In this document: positions 63,573 through 64,000 of the stretch, one piece after another
Numbering within the stretch: the first letter of the stretch is position 1
How the letters are laid out: each line of letters begins with the position of its first letter
From: Vitrella brassicaformis CCMP3155
Taxonomy: Eukaryota; Protista; Chromerida
Reading direction: 5' to 3'
DNA length: 64,000 bases
Assembly: GCA_001179505.1 (NCBI GenBank)
Contig: CDMY01000333.1
Location: forward strand, 52,294-116,293
Notes under the pieces: generated by a model
What the model was told of the DNA's origin: nothing
Seen by the model: the letters and a program-made list of their open reading frames with translations, nothing else
The model's database searches: none
Made by a program: the position numbers and the translations under genes

Positions 63573-64000
63573 GCGACCGACGCGCGTCGGTTGCCTCGAC
63601 GGCAGCTCCCCCCGGCGGCCGCTCGTCGAGTCTGCTGCAGCGGACGAAGAGCCTGGACGACATCCCCGAGGTCTCATCGGGGGAGACCTCGGAGGTGGAC
63701 GCCCAGGACAGGGGCGGTCCACTGCCTGAGTGGGCCGAGCGCGGTCAGAGAGAAGGGAAATGAGGCAGAGAGGGAGAGATGAAATAGACTTGGATGGATG
63801 ATTCTGTCTTTGTTCATTCCTACAGACATCGACAACGGCTTCGGCCAGTATATCGATGTTATGCCGGAGGAGACGGAGGAGTGGGTGCGGCGAGATAAGA
63901 GGGACGGGAATCTGTCTGCACACACGAGGAGAGACACAGACTTGGATGATGGACGGGCGCACAAAGACGTCTTCTTTGTTTCTGCCTGTTCGATACAGAC
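63573..64000 (+). repeat. direct repeat copy 2 of 59025-59455 (truncated gene fragment, splice donor lost)
   Basis: Starts abruptly after an in-frame TGA. The donor cgaa|gtgaga has become cgagataaga. Confidence 0.9.

Noticed and set aside
1-64000. tRNA, rRNA, transposase or reverse transcriptase genes
   Set aside because: No cloverleaf, rRNA-like, DDE-transposase or RT motifs were recognised on either strand.

Overview
Eukaryotic nuclear DNA: GC-rich, with many short GT-AG introns full of (CA)n, (GACA)n, (GGAT)n and (GA)n microsatellites, and three ~300-N assembly gaps. Gene content and style point to a chromerid alveolate, most likely Vitrella brassicaformis (inference). About 19 genes are visible, mostly alternating head-to-head and tail-to-tail. 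Recognisable by recalled family motifs: MFSD5/MOT2-type transporter, CFAP61, an ATPTG2-like ATP synthase subunit, a chromodomain protein, SPCS3, a DUF458/YkuK RNase H-like protein with a bipartite leader, a PTS2-bearing citrate synthase, a DnaJ protein, a TMEM185-like protein, an At4g00755-like F-box protein, RFT1, a p25alpha-like gene and a decaying tandem pseudokinase. The last 5.3 kb is a patchwork of duplicated, broken gene fragments containing a hairpin tandem array. Best leads: (1) a bacterial/phage-type DUF458 nuclease that appears plastid-targeted; (2) a GCGAGCT motif in six of seven divergent promoters; (3) the gene-fragment mosaic at 58.7-64 kb. No rRNA, tRNA, CRISPR or transposase was seen. 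Exon boundaries were read by eye and family assignments come from memory, not from database searches.
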